A DNA stretch of 63,998 nt, counting the filler, from Octopus bimaculoides (Eukaryota), in NCBI RefSeq assembly GCF_001194135.2. It is 8 parts of 7 records of this genome, joined end to end, with 100 filler letters (N's around TTAATTAATTAA, not from the genome) between each part and the next. Parts side by side here need not be neighbours in the genome. Positions count along the whole stretch, not along the records: positions 30,423 to 51,707 come from NC_068984.1; 7 more parts are not named here. One strand, 5' to 3'. The position numbers and the translations under genes were made by a program. Shown here in pieces: positions 38,360 through 50,516 of the stretch. Positions within the stretch are counted from its first letter, which is position 1, and the number at the start of each line of letters is the position of its first letter. Below the pieces are notes generated by a model. The model did no database searches, had not been told where the DNA came from, and saw only the letters and a program-made list of their open reading frames with translations.

Positions 38360-38510
38360 CATTATAATATTACCATCTGAGGTCGTTCCTGTCACATTTG
38401 GGCATCTGTCATCTACTGTTGTCCCGGGTTCACCTTATCCAGTAAATGAAAGTAGGTACAAAGAATTATTCGCGGAGCCAATCGGATTTAAAGATCCCTG
38501 CGTTGTCGTG
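38360..38510 (+). other. Possible internal coding exon, product unknown
   Basis: TTTCAG acceptor, GTG|GTATGT donor, one open frame (IIILPSEVVPVTFGHLSSTVVPGSPYPVNESRYKELFAEPIGFKDPCVVV); no recognised homology. Confidence 0.2.
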
Positions 38511-38625
38511 GTATGTCGTGGTATGTCAGTGTCACAGTGAGGATTAATTACATTGAAAACACAAGCCATTCATCAATCATATGACTAAATGCGTGCGTGT
38601 GTATGTGTGTGTATATGTGTGTGTG

Positions 38626-38656
<31 letters not shown>

Positions 38657-38733
38657 NNNNNNNNNNNNNNNNNNNNNNNNNNNNNNNNNNNNNNNNNNNN
38701 NNNNNNNNNNNNTGTATATATATATATATATAC

Positions 38734-38769
<36 letters not shown>

Positions 38770-38799
38770 GTGTGTGTCTGTGTGTGTGTACATTACAGC

Positions 38800-39000
38800 T
38801 TTTATCTTTTACCTTTTACTTGCCTCGGTCATTTGATTCTGCCCATGATGGAGCACAGTCTCGAAAGGTTTTCATCGAAACAAATAGACCCAGGGGCTTA
38901 TTTTTCAAAAGCCTAGTAGCATACTTATTCTCTTTTGCCGAAACGGTAACACACCAACACCGGATGTCTGGTGGTGGTTGGGGACCAAACGCTCACACAG
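38800..39000 (-). mobile_element. SINE family A, 3' half, degenerate
   Basis: CTTTTACTTG..GGTCATTTGA..GCCCATGATGGAGCAC...CTCTTTTGCCGAAAC..ACACACCAACACCGG. Confidence 0.75.
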
Positions 39001-39036
39001 GCACACGCACAAAGATACATGCATATATATGCATGC

Positions 39037-39071
<35 letters not shown>

Positions 39072-39077
<6 letters not shown>

Positions 39078-39212
39078 GTGCGGTGAATAAACTGTTGTCT
39101 AAATTGCACAAAAATGAAAATAACACTGACATCATTTTAATAGATATATTTACCTAAATTATATAAAGATATCTTGAAATACTAAAGAGAAAATTTATTC
39201 AGTAAAATCGCC
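39072..39212 (-). mobile_element. Tc1/mariner 3' end remnant
   Basis: Minus strand VKASGDFTE* (typical transposase C-terminus) followed by an AT-rich stretch ending at TA-CAGAGTG. Confidence 0.5.
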
Positions 39213-39989
39213 ACTGGCTTTAACCATACACACACACATGCATATATACATACACACATACATACATACACACATGGACACACACACATACATACATACA
39301 TGCGTGCATACACACATACGTGTATACATACATACACACACATACATACACACACATACATACACACATACATACACACAAATACACGCACACATACATA
39401 CATATATGCATAATACATATATACATACGTACTTACATAGAACTCACACACATACATACATGCCTATAAACATACATACACACANNNNNNNNNNTACATA
39501 GAACTCACACACATACATACATGCCTATAAACATACATACACACATACGTACACATATACAGACATACACACATACACATACATACATACATACATACAT
39601 ACATACACTTACATATACATACACACATACATACAAACACACAAACTAGACATACACACATACACATACATACGTACATTCATACATACATACACTTACA
39701 TATACATACACACATACATACAAGCACACAAACTAGACATACACACATCCACTGACGTAAGCATCACCTCGCTAGTAATCGCCATAATCCTATATAAACA
39801 GACCCCTCCTGCAACTCCCTATACAGTCTCGTATACAGATGTGTGTTGTTATAAAACACAACGTAACTAAAACTGACATATTTACAGCCCTGCTTTAAAA
39901 GGGCCACCTTAGGATGTCTATGAAATTTAGTAATACCACCCTTGTTACTACTTATAAGACTAGTTTGTGTATTACGTACTCAACGGGGA

Positions 39990-40160
39990 AGCCCTCACGT
40001 GGTCGCTCGACCAACTAGAAATAGCAGCAATAATCTTTCCCATATGAGTTTAAGATCTGACTGTTTGATTAGAGAAAGAGGAATATTGAATAAGGTTTGT
40101 AAGTGGGATGGTTTACTGTTCGATCGGAGACGACCTTAGGTTAAGCAACAACAAACAATA
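39990..40160 (+). repeat. Unclassified interspersed repeat (family E) fragment
   Basis: GGTCG.....AC...CTA.AAATAGCAG shared with 42781-42830; ends in (CAA)n-like tail; a related tail GACCAGGGGCTAAATAAAACAGC is at about 34140-34170. Confidence 0.5.
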
Positions 40161-40409
40161 ACAACAATTAAAGCAAGAGCAAAGATAACAACAAAAAAAA
40201 GGCAACAGTAAGTAATTTTGTATAGATTATTGCTAATGGTTTTATAATACGTAGATAAGGCTACTATAGAGTCACACGCACAAGCTCACACGTACGCTCA
40301 CGCATAGACGCACACACACTTACCTACCTGACTACCTACTTATCTACATACATACATACATACATACATACATACATACATACTTAGATACATACGTACA
40401 TACAAATTT

Positions 40410-40878
40410 GAGGTACTGAGAGACACTGACAAATTTACGACACCTCTCCCTTGAGCAAAGATGGGAGAGATATGCAGTGATATACATATGGAACAGCATA
40501 GAGGAGCATCAAGAGTTATACCAGCCCACGAATACGACGTCACTACACTGTGCCAAAGATCCTACACATGTCTAGAATAAGGACCAGGTACTGTAAAGGA
40601 TTAGAATTCAAAGGTCCACAGCTATATAATATCTTGCCAAGGAACTTGAGTGATCTACATAGACGTGGGGGCGAGGAGAATGTTTTGAGGAAGCTTCTTG
40701 ACCTTCTGTTGTTGAAAATCCCAAATGAAACTAAATTACAGCAAGAAGCTCAAACGTGGACAGTAATATCAAACTCGCTTATTGAGCAAAAACCAAACAA
40801 AGGAATAGCTATTGTAAAGGTCATATACTGGCGTTGCACAGCATGGTCTTTAAGCTGAAAAGCATAGGTGAATAAAAG
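40410..40878 (+). mobile_element. CR1-type LINE 3' fragment with intact 3' terminus
   Basis: LRHLSLEQRWERYAVIYIW, RTRYCKGLEFKGPQLYNILPRNLSDLH, LDLLLLKIPNE, SNSLIEQ; ends TGGCGTTGCACAGCATGGTC..GCTGAAAGCATAGGTGAATAAAAG. Confidence 0.82.
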
Positions 40879-41010
40879 TATATATATATATATATATATA
40901 TATNNNNNNNNNNNNNNNNNNNNNTATATATAATCAAGAACAAAATCTATATAGTATTTTATCAAGTACCTAGCATGTTTTAGAGCCATTTGGCGTCTAC
41001 TTCTAGCCCT

Positions 41011-41217
41011 TGTCTTAATATCTTAACTATTTTCAAGCCGATCACACAAAGAAATGGTGTTCGTTGTCGAACGACGAGAATGAGTGCTCAACACCGCATT
41101 GGTGGGTAGAATTTCCTTATTCGTGTATTAAAGATATCATTGGTTTCGTGTTAAGGAAAATGTCTTAATATCTTAACAATTTTTCAGCCGATCACATGAA
41201 GAAATGGTGTTCGTCTT
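41011..41217. repeat. 150-nt tandem unit (about 1.4 copies)
   Basis: TGTCTTAATATCTTAAC..GCCGATCACA..AGAAATGGTGTTCGT at 41011 and 41161; the middle matches 12070-12150. Confidence 0.85.
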
Positions 41218-41591
41218 CATTTTGTATAAAAACATATATATATTATGGAAGCGAGAAAATTATTTTCTGAGAGTACACACTGGCTCAGCAGGTAACCAGT
41301 GCAATGATGCTGTGTTTGCCTGAATTGAACAAGCAGAAATTATAGAACTCAAAGTAAGAAATTGCGAAAAATTTACACAAAGATACCTTAGAGAACAACA
41401 AGATATATCGCAGATTATCCACGTCAACCAGTGATGATGGAACGGTCGTCTGTGCGTGTGTGTGTGTGTGTGTGTGTACGTACAATATAGATGTTTTATA
41501 AGGATACAATACATATATGCGCGTCTGCGTGTCTGTCTGCCTGCTCGCCTGTCTGTATGTACGTATCTATCTATATATCTATCTACCTATC

Positions 41592-41667
<76 letters not shown>

Positions 41668-41750
41668 TTGGTAATTTTGTGCCGTTTGTTTGAGAATAAG
41701 TATACACGCACATATAAATAGGCATATATATATATATATATATATAAATT

Positions 41751-41911
41751 AAGAGGAGTCACAATGCTGACTAGCGCCGCTACTGCTAGAAATAAGATTT
41801 AAAACAACTCAAAAGCTCCGAAGAACTATCTTAATGACTGACAAAGACTTTTGAGTTGTTTCAACTCTTATTTCTAGCAATAGGGGTTCTTGTCAGCACC
41901 TTCAGCCTCTT
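41751..41911. mobile_element. Small fold-back / MITE-like element
   Basis: Arms 41784-41815 and 41848-41879 match at 30 of 32 positions; outer GCTGAC and AAGAGG blocks also pair; 32-nt loop. Confidence 0.75.
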
Positions 41912-42149
41912 TTGTGACCTCTATTAATTTTGCCTTTAAGTTCAAATTGCTAATAAGCTACCCATTTAATTTGTTGTGTGTGTGTGTGTGTGTTTGTGTT
42001 TGTGTGTATGTATAAGTATATCTATACACACACACACATACACATATATATGTATATATTTATTTGGCACTATGCGCGTGTGTTGATAAATAAATAGACA
42101 TACAACTATGCATGTGTGTTGATAGATAAATAGACATACAAACAGATAA

Positions 42150-42216
<67 letters not shown>

Positions 42217-42218
42217 GG

Positions 42219-42272
<54 letters not shown>

Positions 42273-42452
42273 TGAAACTCAGGTTTCACTGGGTCACTAC
42301 CCTGAGTCTCCGGTTTGCGATACCTTACCCAAATTTCAAAATTTCACATGCCAGCATAACACACGCACACACAGACATACATACACACAAGCACACACGC
42401 ATACACACACACATATGCACACGCACACACAGGACCATATGCACGTACATAT

Positions 42453-42497
<45 letters not shown>

Positions 42498-42844
42498 TGC
42501 ATACACACTTCAATGCTTCCACCCAGTTGAGGTGACGAGTACTTTTAAGTTAAGGTTATTACAGTAACCTTACCCATGTTTATATTTTTAACCCAATCTT
42601 CATCAGACCCGGCCCCTAAAATCTGATGCAACGGGTGACCATAAGGAAAATTTTTATTTCTAAATGATGCATGACACTCAACGGTTTAATTTAAGATTTA
42701 TTGACTTATCCAACCATAGGGTGCAATAGTTCACTGCTATTAACAACGTCGAAACAGCGATTCAAAGAAGAGGCTCTACTTGGTCGAACGACTTGCTAAA
42801 AATAGCAGTTGGATTCCTTTCAAATCTCACTACCTGGTCTTACT

Positions 42845-42879
<35 letters not shown>

Positions 42880-43072
42880 TAATAATGGTTTCAAATTTTT
42901 CCGCAAGGCAGCAATTGGGGGTGGGGGGATGATTCGATTACATTGGGGTCAACTGGTGCTTATTTTATCAATCTCGGAAGGATGTAAGGCAAAGTCGACC
43001 TCGGCGGAATTTGAACTCAGAACGTAGCGACTGGTGAAATACCGCCAAGTATTTCACTCGGCGTGCCAACGC
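42880..43072 (-). mobile_element. SINE family B with (ATT)n tail
   Basis: Core GGATGTAAGGCAAAGTCGACCTCGGCGGAATTTGAACTCAGAACGT; tail ...AAAATTTGAAACCATT(ATT)n. Confidence 0.88.

Positions 43073-43167
<95 letters not shown>
43073..43167. repeat. (TAA)n tract, 3' tail of the adjacent SINE B
   Basis: About 31 perfect units directly abutting ATCCTTTCTACTAAAGGCAC. Confidence 0.92.
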
Positions 43168-43385
43168 CCTTTCTACTAAAGGCACAAGGCCTGAAAAAAT
43201 TGTGGAGGTGGGTGACTAGTCGATTACATCGACCCCAGTGTTTCATTAGTACCTAATTTTTCGACACCGAAAGGATGAAAGGTAAAGTAGACCTCCGCGT
43301 AATTTGAACTCAGAACATAACGACGGACGAAAAGCCGCTAAGCATTTTGTCCGACGTGCTTAACGATTCTCCTTGCTCGCTTTGT
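43168..43385 (-). mobile_element. SINE family B, full length
   Basis: Tail CCTTTCTACTAAAGGCACAAGGCCTGAAA, core and head all present. Confidence 0.9.
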
Positions 43386-43987
43386 TATGCGCAATAATTG
43401 AAGTCTTAAAGTCTAATATTTTGTCCACATTATCATTTCCTAAGATAGATGGGAACTTCTCGAAGGAATTGAAACTGGATCGTTAACTGCATACGGAGCT
43501 GTTTCGGTTAAGTTATCGTGTATCCCAGTATATTTTGAAGGAATTCGTGTACAATACCCCAGCACAATGTGGTGTATTGTATGAAAAACAATACACCACA
43601 CATATGATATTTGTGATCTAATGTAGAAGAAATTTAATATATTCCTCTTTATTGTAGGAAAATATACATTTAAATAGGTCTCATGGGGACAGCCTACTCC
43701 TGAATAATGTATACTTGCCTCTGCTAAACCATTCTGAGCAAAATATCTTTGGTTACATCATTCCAGCAAAGCAGTCATTGGTTCACTACATTTTAGAAGG
43801 CGAGAATGACAAACAGTATTGGTGCACTCGGGTTTTTAGATGTATGAATCTATGCATGCGTAATGTGTTATCCATGTATAGTTTAACTGAGAACCTTGAA
43901 CTTCCGTCACTTGTTCTACTTGGTGGGGGATACGCCTTGTGTTGTTGTTGCTGTTGCTTTGGTTTTCTTCATGTTGTTGTTATTGTT

Positions 43988-44200
43988 AAGGCGGCGAGCC
44001 GGCAGAATCGTTAGCATGCAGGCCAAAATACTTAGCACCATTTCGTCCGTCCTGACGTTCTGGGTTTAAATTCCGCAGAGGTTGTCGTCTTTGCTTTTCC
44101 TCATTTTGGGCTCGATAAAATAAGTACCAGTTGAATATTGGGGTTGATGTAATCGATTTGCTGCCCCGAAAATTTCTGGCCTTATACCAAAATTTGAAAC
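43988..44200 (+). mobile_element. SINE family B, full length
   Basis: AAGGCGGCGAGCCGGCAGAATCGTTAGCATGC...GATAAAATAAGTACCAGTTGAATATTGGGGTTGATGTAATCG...CCAAAATTTGAAACC. Confidence 0.88.
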
Positions 44201-44224
44201 CAACTTTGTTGTTCTTTTTCTTCC

Positions 44225-44355
44225 GGCATTTTACATTCTGGGTTTCTGAGCTCAAATCCTACCGGGATTAGATTTGCCGTTCATCTCTCTGGGATCAATA
44301 AAATAAAGTACAAGTCAAGTATTGGGGTTGATATAATCAACTACTCACCCCCCCA
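44225..44355 (+). mobile_element. SINE family B fragment, degenerate
   Basis: TTCTGAGCTCAAATCC...GATCAATAAAATAAAGTAC..GTATTGGGGTTGATATAATCAAC. Confidence 0.65.
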
Positions 44356-44391
44356 CCCTACACATACAAAAAGAAACACAAAAAATATTTA

Positions 44392-44722
44392 CTGTTTCCA
44401 CTGAAAGTGAACTTGCATAATATTCCACGCAATGATATCAGGACTCTATAATCCAAAAACGATCAATTTAACAACACGACCTTGTTTCCAGTGGAAGTGT
44501 ATGAACCAAGACACTTGTCTGGTCTGCCTTGCAATGATATCGAACACGAGACTTCACGATTGCGATGCGAAATTTTTCAGAATGCGATATACTTGTTTCC
44601 AATGAAAGCGGATGAACTAAGACGCTTGATATTCCTTGCAATAGGATCGAACACGGGACTTTACGATCAAGAACCGAACTGCTTAACAAGACGACCTGCC
44701 TGCTTACAGTGGAAGTGTTACG
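44392..44722 (-). repeat. Tandem array of about 90-113-nt tRNA/SINE-head-like units
   Basis: Units start at about 44392, 44481, 44594 and 44704 with TGTTTCCA(C/G/A)TG(G/A)AAG; units 2-3 carry GATCGAACACG (reverse complement of B-box-like GTTCGATC). Confidence 0.65.
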
Positions 44723-45892
44723 TACTGAGCAAACTAATAATCATAAATCACTAAAAGAGACTGAAACGGCTGGTTGACTACGGTTCTGGATCGTTGACTT
44801 TGAGATAGTAAAGCCGTATCAACGTAAAACTAGTATACATTGTATCACACTGAAGTAAACCACTTATCACTGTTCGCCTTGTTGGATTCAGTCAGTCAAC
44901 GGTTGGAGTCTCTCACCCAAACCTTGATATACAGATTCCTGTGTTGTTGAATTATCAAATCAAATATTAAGTTGACGTCAGAATTTAGAAACTTCGAGAG
45001 AACGTGAAATCATTTTTTTTTTCTTTTCCTTTCTTTTTCTTTATTTTTGGCACGGTGAAACTCGAAGGAGATGGAGATTATATATAATATAATATATGGT
45101 AGTCTCTNNNNNNNNNNNNNNNNNNNNNNNNNNNNNNNNNNNNNNNNNNNNNNNNNNNNNNNNNNNNNNNNNNNNNNNNNNNNNNNNNNNNNNNNNNNNN
45201 NNNNNNNNNNNNNNNNNNNNNNNNNNNNNNNNNNNNNNNNNNNNNNNNNNNNNNNNNNNNNNNNNNNNNNNNNNNNNNNNNNNNNNNNNNNNNNNNNNNN
45301 NNNNNNNNNNNNNNNNNNNNNNNNNNNNNNNNNNNNNNNNNNNNNNNNNNNNNNNNNNNNNNNNNNNNNNNNNNNNNNNNNNNNNNNNNNNNNNNNNNNN
45401 NNNNNNNNNNNNNNNNNNNNNNNNNNNNNNNNNNNNNNNNNNNNNNNNNNNNNNNNNNNNNNNNNNNNNNNNNNNNNNNNNNNNNNNNNNNNNNNNNNNN
45501 NNNNNNNNNNNNNNNNNNNNNNNNNNNNNNNNNNNNNNNNNNNNNNNNNNNNNNNNNNNNNNNNNNNNNNNNNNNNNNNNNNNNNNNNNNNNNNNNNNNN
45601 NNNNNNNNNNNNNNNNNNNNNGGCCAGGGAATAGAAGAAAGAAGACATGCACCCAACACCAGAGCTGAAGACACCTCCGAAAGGGGGGGGGGGCACCACG
45701 TCAAAACGGTAGAGGATGTCTTGAGCTAACTGGATCCTATAAAGGAGCTGTTGTGGTAGCAGACTACGAAACATGGTTGAAATTCCTCCATACCAGTTGA
45801 TCAGTGGGATCAATGTTATCGTCTTACCTCCTCCCTCGAACTTGCTGGTTTTGTGCTAAACTTTAGTACACGTCCAACATTATTATCTAAAC

Positions 45893-45970
45893 AGTATTGT
45901 CGAATGGTTAAGAAGTCCTCTTCGCAACTACGATGTCCCGTGTTCAATCCCACTACGGGGACGATCTTCA
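45893..45970 (+). mobile_element. tRNA-like SINE head fragment (family A-like)
   Basis: GAATGGTTAAGAAG..TTCGCAACTACGATGTCCCGTGTTCAATCCCACT. Confidence 0.55.
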
Positions 45971-46088
45971 CTAGGGACTCAGCGAATAGCCATATCTGCC
46001 TCACATGCAACAAATGTTTGACACGTATTAGTAATTATTTTTTAAATTTTGGCACAATGCCAGCAATTTTGAGGGAACAGATGATTTG

Positions 46089-46364
46089 CAGTGGTTCCCA
46101 AGGTGGGCGGTATTGCCCCTCTGGGGGCCGGTTGAAAGTTCCAAAGGGACGTTGAAGAAAAGTGGAGCGATGATGGGGTAGCGATTCATGTAAAAACAAG
46201 AAAATAATGGGTGCATAATTTTAAGTTTTACTTGCGAAATACAGTTGCTTTGTATTTGCTTCAGAAAGAGGTCGATGTTTGTGATGGTTTGTTGGAGTGA
46301 AGGCGTCAGGAATGTGGCCTGGATGTCAAGGGGGCGGCAGCCCGAAAAAATCTGGAAACCACTG
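46089..46364. mobile_element. hAT-type MITE (276 bp)
   Basis: TIRs CAGTGGTTCCCA / TGGAAACCACTG with subterminal GGGGGC. The right flank GTTTATAA fits a hAT target consensus, but the left flank does not duplicate it. Confidence 0.75.
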
Positions 46365-46422
46365 GTTTATAATGATCAAGTTGATCTTGTGGTCAAAATT
46401 TGCAGCTAATACTGTTATTATG

Positions 46423-46705
46423 TAAGGCAGTGAGCTAGCAGAACAGTTTGCGCTGCGGAAAAAAATGCTTAGCAACATTTCGCCCGTCTTCACGTTCTGA
46501 GAGGAAATGCCGCCGAGGTCGGACAAAATGCATAGCGTTATTTCATCCGCGTTTACGTTATTATGAGTTCAAATTCCACCGAAGTCTACTATGCTTTTCA
46601 TCCTTTCGAGGTCGATAAAATAAGTACCAGCTGAGCATTGGGTATCGATGTAATCATCTAGCCCACTCGCCCAAATTTTCACGCCTTATAGCCAAAACAA
46701 AACTA
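46423..46705 (+). mobile_element. SINE family B with partially duplicated head
   Basis: First head stops at GCCGAGGTCG; a second head restarts at ACAAAATGCATAGCG and continues through core and tail. Confidence 0.8.
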
Positions 46706-46809
46706 TTCCACGTTTATTGAAGTTGTTAGTTTTGTTGTTGTCGCTGTTGTTGCCGTCGTTAGACGTAAAGGAAGTGTTATATTAATACAATGTGTTCCTG
46801 GTTACCAGT

Positions 46810-46819
46810 CTTGCTCACG

Positions 46820-46858
<39 letters not shown>

Positions 46859-47068
46859 TTGTTGCTGCTGCTGCTGTTGTTGTGGTTATTGTTGTTAGTC
46901 TTCCTTTACTGGTGACGCTGATGACTGTAGATGTGATATTTGTAATTTTGTTAACGTTATATACACTGCTACATTCGTTGTTGTTGTTGTTGTTGTTGCT
47001 GTTGCTGCTGCTGCTGCTGCTGCTGCTACGGCTGCTGCTGCTACCGCTGCTGCTGCTGCTGCTGTTGG
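46810..47068. repeat. (GTT)n/(GCT)n trinucleotide tracts
   Basis: Direct reading. Confidence 0.92.
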
Positions 47069-47641
47069 TTTGTGATAATGGTTCGTCCTTTCTCCCCCAC
47101 ATTCATACCTTCTCTACGAAACTCTCTCTAGTTCTCTACAGGACATTATCCCCACTCTCTCTCTCTCTCTCTCTCTCTCTNNNNNNNNNNNNNNNNNNNN
47201 NNNNNNNNNNNNNNNNNNNNNNNNNNNNNNNNNNNNNNNNNNNNNNNNNNNNNNNNNNNNNNNNNNNNNNNNNNNNNNNNNNNNNNNNNNNNNNNNNNNN
47301 NNNNNNNNNNNNNNNNNNNNNNNNNNNNNNNNNNNNNNNNNNNNNNNNNNNNNNNNNNNNNNNNNNNNNNNNNNNNNNNNNNNNNNNNNNNNNNNNNNNN
47401 NNNNNNNNNNNNNNNNNNNNNNNNNNNNNNNNNNNNNNNNNNNNNNNNNNNNNNNNNNNNNNNNNNNNNNNNNNNNNNNNNNNNNNNNNNNNNNNNNNNN
47501 NNNNNNNNNNNNNNNNNNNNNNNNNNNNNNNNNNNNNNNNNNNNNNNNNNNNNNNNNNNNNNNNNNNNNNNNNNNNNNNNNNNNNNNNNNNNNNNNNNNN
47601 NNNNNNNNNNNNNNNNNNNNNNNNNNNNNNNNNNNNNNNNN

Positions 47642-47706
<65 letters not shown>

Positions 47707-48280
47707 CTCTCTCTACTTCTCTCTCCCTTTACCTCTATCACTGACTCTAGTTTTCTCTTCCCTTTCAACTCTTCTGACCTGACAGTGTCAAAGATATTAG
47801 TGATGGCGGATGTTTGCACATGGCTGCCAAGTAATTGGAGGAAATCTCGCGAGAACAAACACCCTTATCTCGTTGTTGTGTCCTATGGGACTAGATGTCA
47901 CACACATACACACACGCAAATATACAGGTGCTAGCGCATGCGCACGCGCGTACACACACACATACACACACGAAGTCACACATACAGCTTCTATGAAGTG
48001 TCGCTCATGTTTTCTTGCGTAAAGCTAAAGAAAGCATTGGTCCTTGTCGCCAAAAAAAAAAAAAAAAAGGGAGCATACACACCAATGGTCTCCATAGATT
48101 ATAAGAATGGTATGCATAATTTTAAGAAATACGACAAAATGTTAGTAATGACAATTCAGGCGTTTTTTAAAATTTATTTTTGTTGTTGTTTTTTATCTTG
48201 TATAAATTGAGTAATCTGGTAAAAAAAAAGAAAACGAAGAATAATACTCCTTGATTACAAGCACGTGTGTACTTACAAGC

Positions 48281-48315
<35 letters not shown>

Positions 48316-48697
48316 TATCTATATATACAACTATATACACTCATACATATATATATATGTATGTGTGTGTGTACATGTACATATATATATATACATGCAT
48401 ACATACATACATACATATATATGAATATACACATATTAACATTTGCGTATATGTGTTAGTATATATATATGAATATGTTTTATATATATATGCGTATATG
48501 AATAAATATATATTATATAACATATAATATAAATATATATATATATAAAGATATACATATATATTATAAAATGTTATGTACGTACGTACGTACGTATGTA
48601 TGTATGTATGTATGTATGTATGGATGGATATTTCAAACGGGAGTAAGCTAAGAGAAAGAACATGAATGAGAACAAGAAAGAGAAAGTGTTGTATACT

Positions 48698-48763
<66 letters not shown>

Positions 48764-49109
48764 CATAAACTCATGATTCTTTTTCTTTTCTTTCTAAACT
48801 ATCTTCACCTCGAAAGAAGATAAACAAATGCGATCGACTCCGAATGAAAAAGGAAGTTAATTTCAAGAATCAAGAATTGGCATGCCATTACCGTCTCTTT
48901 TTATATATGGATCTATTTATTTTTTTGTCGTCTTTGGCGGGGATTACGGAGACAAAACTGTAGCTGTGAACACATGTTTCTGCCTCAGTAGTTGTTACCA
49001 GTACAGTAGTTGGGGTATCTTAACTCCAGTTAGCTATAATATTTTGACATAAGAGAGCATTTAAGATATATAATATAATATAATATAATATAATATATTA
49101 TAATGTATA

Positions 49110-49321
49110 CGAGGGGTGCTAAAACGTTCATGGCTTTGGGTAAAAGAAAATACATGCGGATCAGTTAATTATGATTTTATTCAACAGATTCCTCTCTCAA
49201 ATTCACTAACTTATTGCAGCTGTCTTTCAGTTAAGCCTTGTATAAGAACTCGGAAGGCTGAGTCTTCAAACAGGCATTTTGCGATACCCTTAAATGCAGA
49301 AACTTTTCAGCATCCCCCTCG
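49110..49321 (-). mobile_element. Mariner-derived MITE (212 bp), TA target duplication
   Basis: TA-CGAGGGGTGCTAAAACGTTC ... GAAACTTTTCAGCATCCCCCTCG-TA; the interior encodes a mariner C-terminus-like KDSCNKLVNLREESVE*. Confidence 0.88.
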
Positions 49322-49424
49322 TATAAATAGAAAATAGTGGCACAACAAGGCACCAATGTAATAATATCTATAACTGTAATATCTGTAACTGTAATATATA
49401 TATATATAATTATTTATATATATA

Positions 49425-49798
49425 TTCTTTTACTTGTTTCAGTCATTTGACTGCGGCCTTTAGTCGAGCAACTCGACCCCAGGACTTATTCTTTGTAAGC
49501 CTAGTACTTATTCTATCGGTCTCTTTTGCCGAACAGCTATGTTACGGGAACGTAAACACACCAGCATCGGTTGTCAAGCGATGTTGGGGGACAAACACAG
49601 ACACACAAACACACACATATATATATACATATATACGACGGGCTTCTTTCAGTTTCCGCATACCAAATCCACTCACAAGGCTTTGGTCGGCGCGAGGCTA
49701 CAGTAGAAGACACTTGCCCAAGGTGCCACGCAGTGGGATTGGACCCGGAACTATGTGGTTGGTAAGCAAGCTACTTACCACACAGCCACTCCTGCACC
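49425..49798 (-). mobile_element. SINE family A, near full length
   Basis: All A modules present; short deletion in the tail (GCGGCC|TTTAGTC). Confidence 0.93.
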
Positions 49799-49926
49799 NN
49801 NNNNNNNNNNNNNNNNNNNNNNNNNNNNNNNNNNNNNNNNNNNNNNNNNNNNNNNNNNNNNNNNNNNNNNNNNNNNNNNNNNNNNNNNNNNNNNNNNNNN
49901 NNNNNNNNNNNNNNNNNNNNNNNNNN

Positions 49927-49964
<38 letters not shown>

Positions 49965-50476
49965 ATTCGGTGTTGTAGAAGTGCTGATTCGATCACAATG
50001 CTCATTTTCGTTAACGTTTGTCGTCGTTGTTAGCATTGGCAGCTTCATCACAGTTTCCATCACCATCATCATCATCATCGTCATTGTCGTCGGACCTCGT
50101 CGTCGTCTCCAGCTTTGCAGCGTTTTTTCATCCCCAATTTCATTAGCTTGTAAATTGTTGCTCTCGTATTTCTGTTTTATGCTTCATAATTAGTTTTCTT
50201 GTTGCTTTTTGTTCTCCTTCCCCTTTTCCTCTCTACTTCTCCCTCCTCCTCCTCCCTCTTCACCTCTCCTCCTTCAGATTCTCCTTTTCCCATTCCCCTC
50301 CCTCTTTTGACACAAGGGAATAATATTTCCAACTAATTGAGAGTGCCTCTATGCTTGCAAATAAGTGTGTGAGAGAGAAGGAATGAGGAACAGCGAGTAA
50401 GTAAGAGAGAGAGGAGTGTAGATATGCAAATGTGTATGTGTGTGTATTATATACATATATATATATTATATATATA

Positions 50477-50516
<40 letters not shown>

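Noticed and set aside
41011-41217. CRISPR-like repeat-spacer appearance (also 44392-44722)
   Set aside because: Eukaryotic context, the inter-repeat segments are themselves homologous or too long, and there are no cas genes.
45622-45810. GC-richer segment after a gap, possibly LINE or Penelope coding sequence
   Set aside because: No frame gave a motif I could assign with confidence.
47780-47870. Minus-strand segment CLFSRDFLQLLGSHVQTSAITNIFDTVR ending at CAG|GTCAGA
   Set aside because: No pyrimidine-rich acceptor and no family match I can name.
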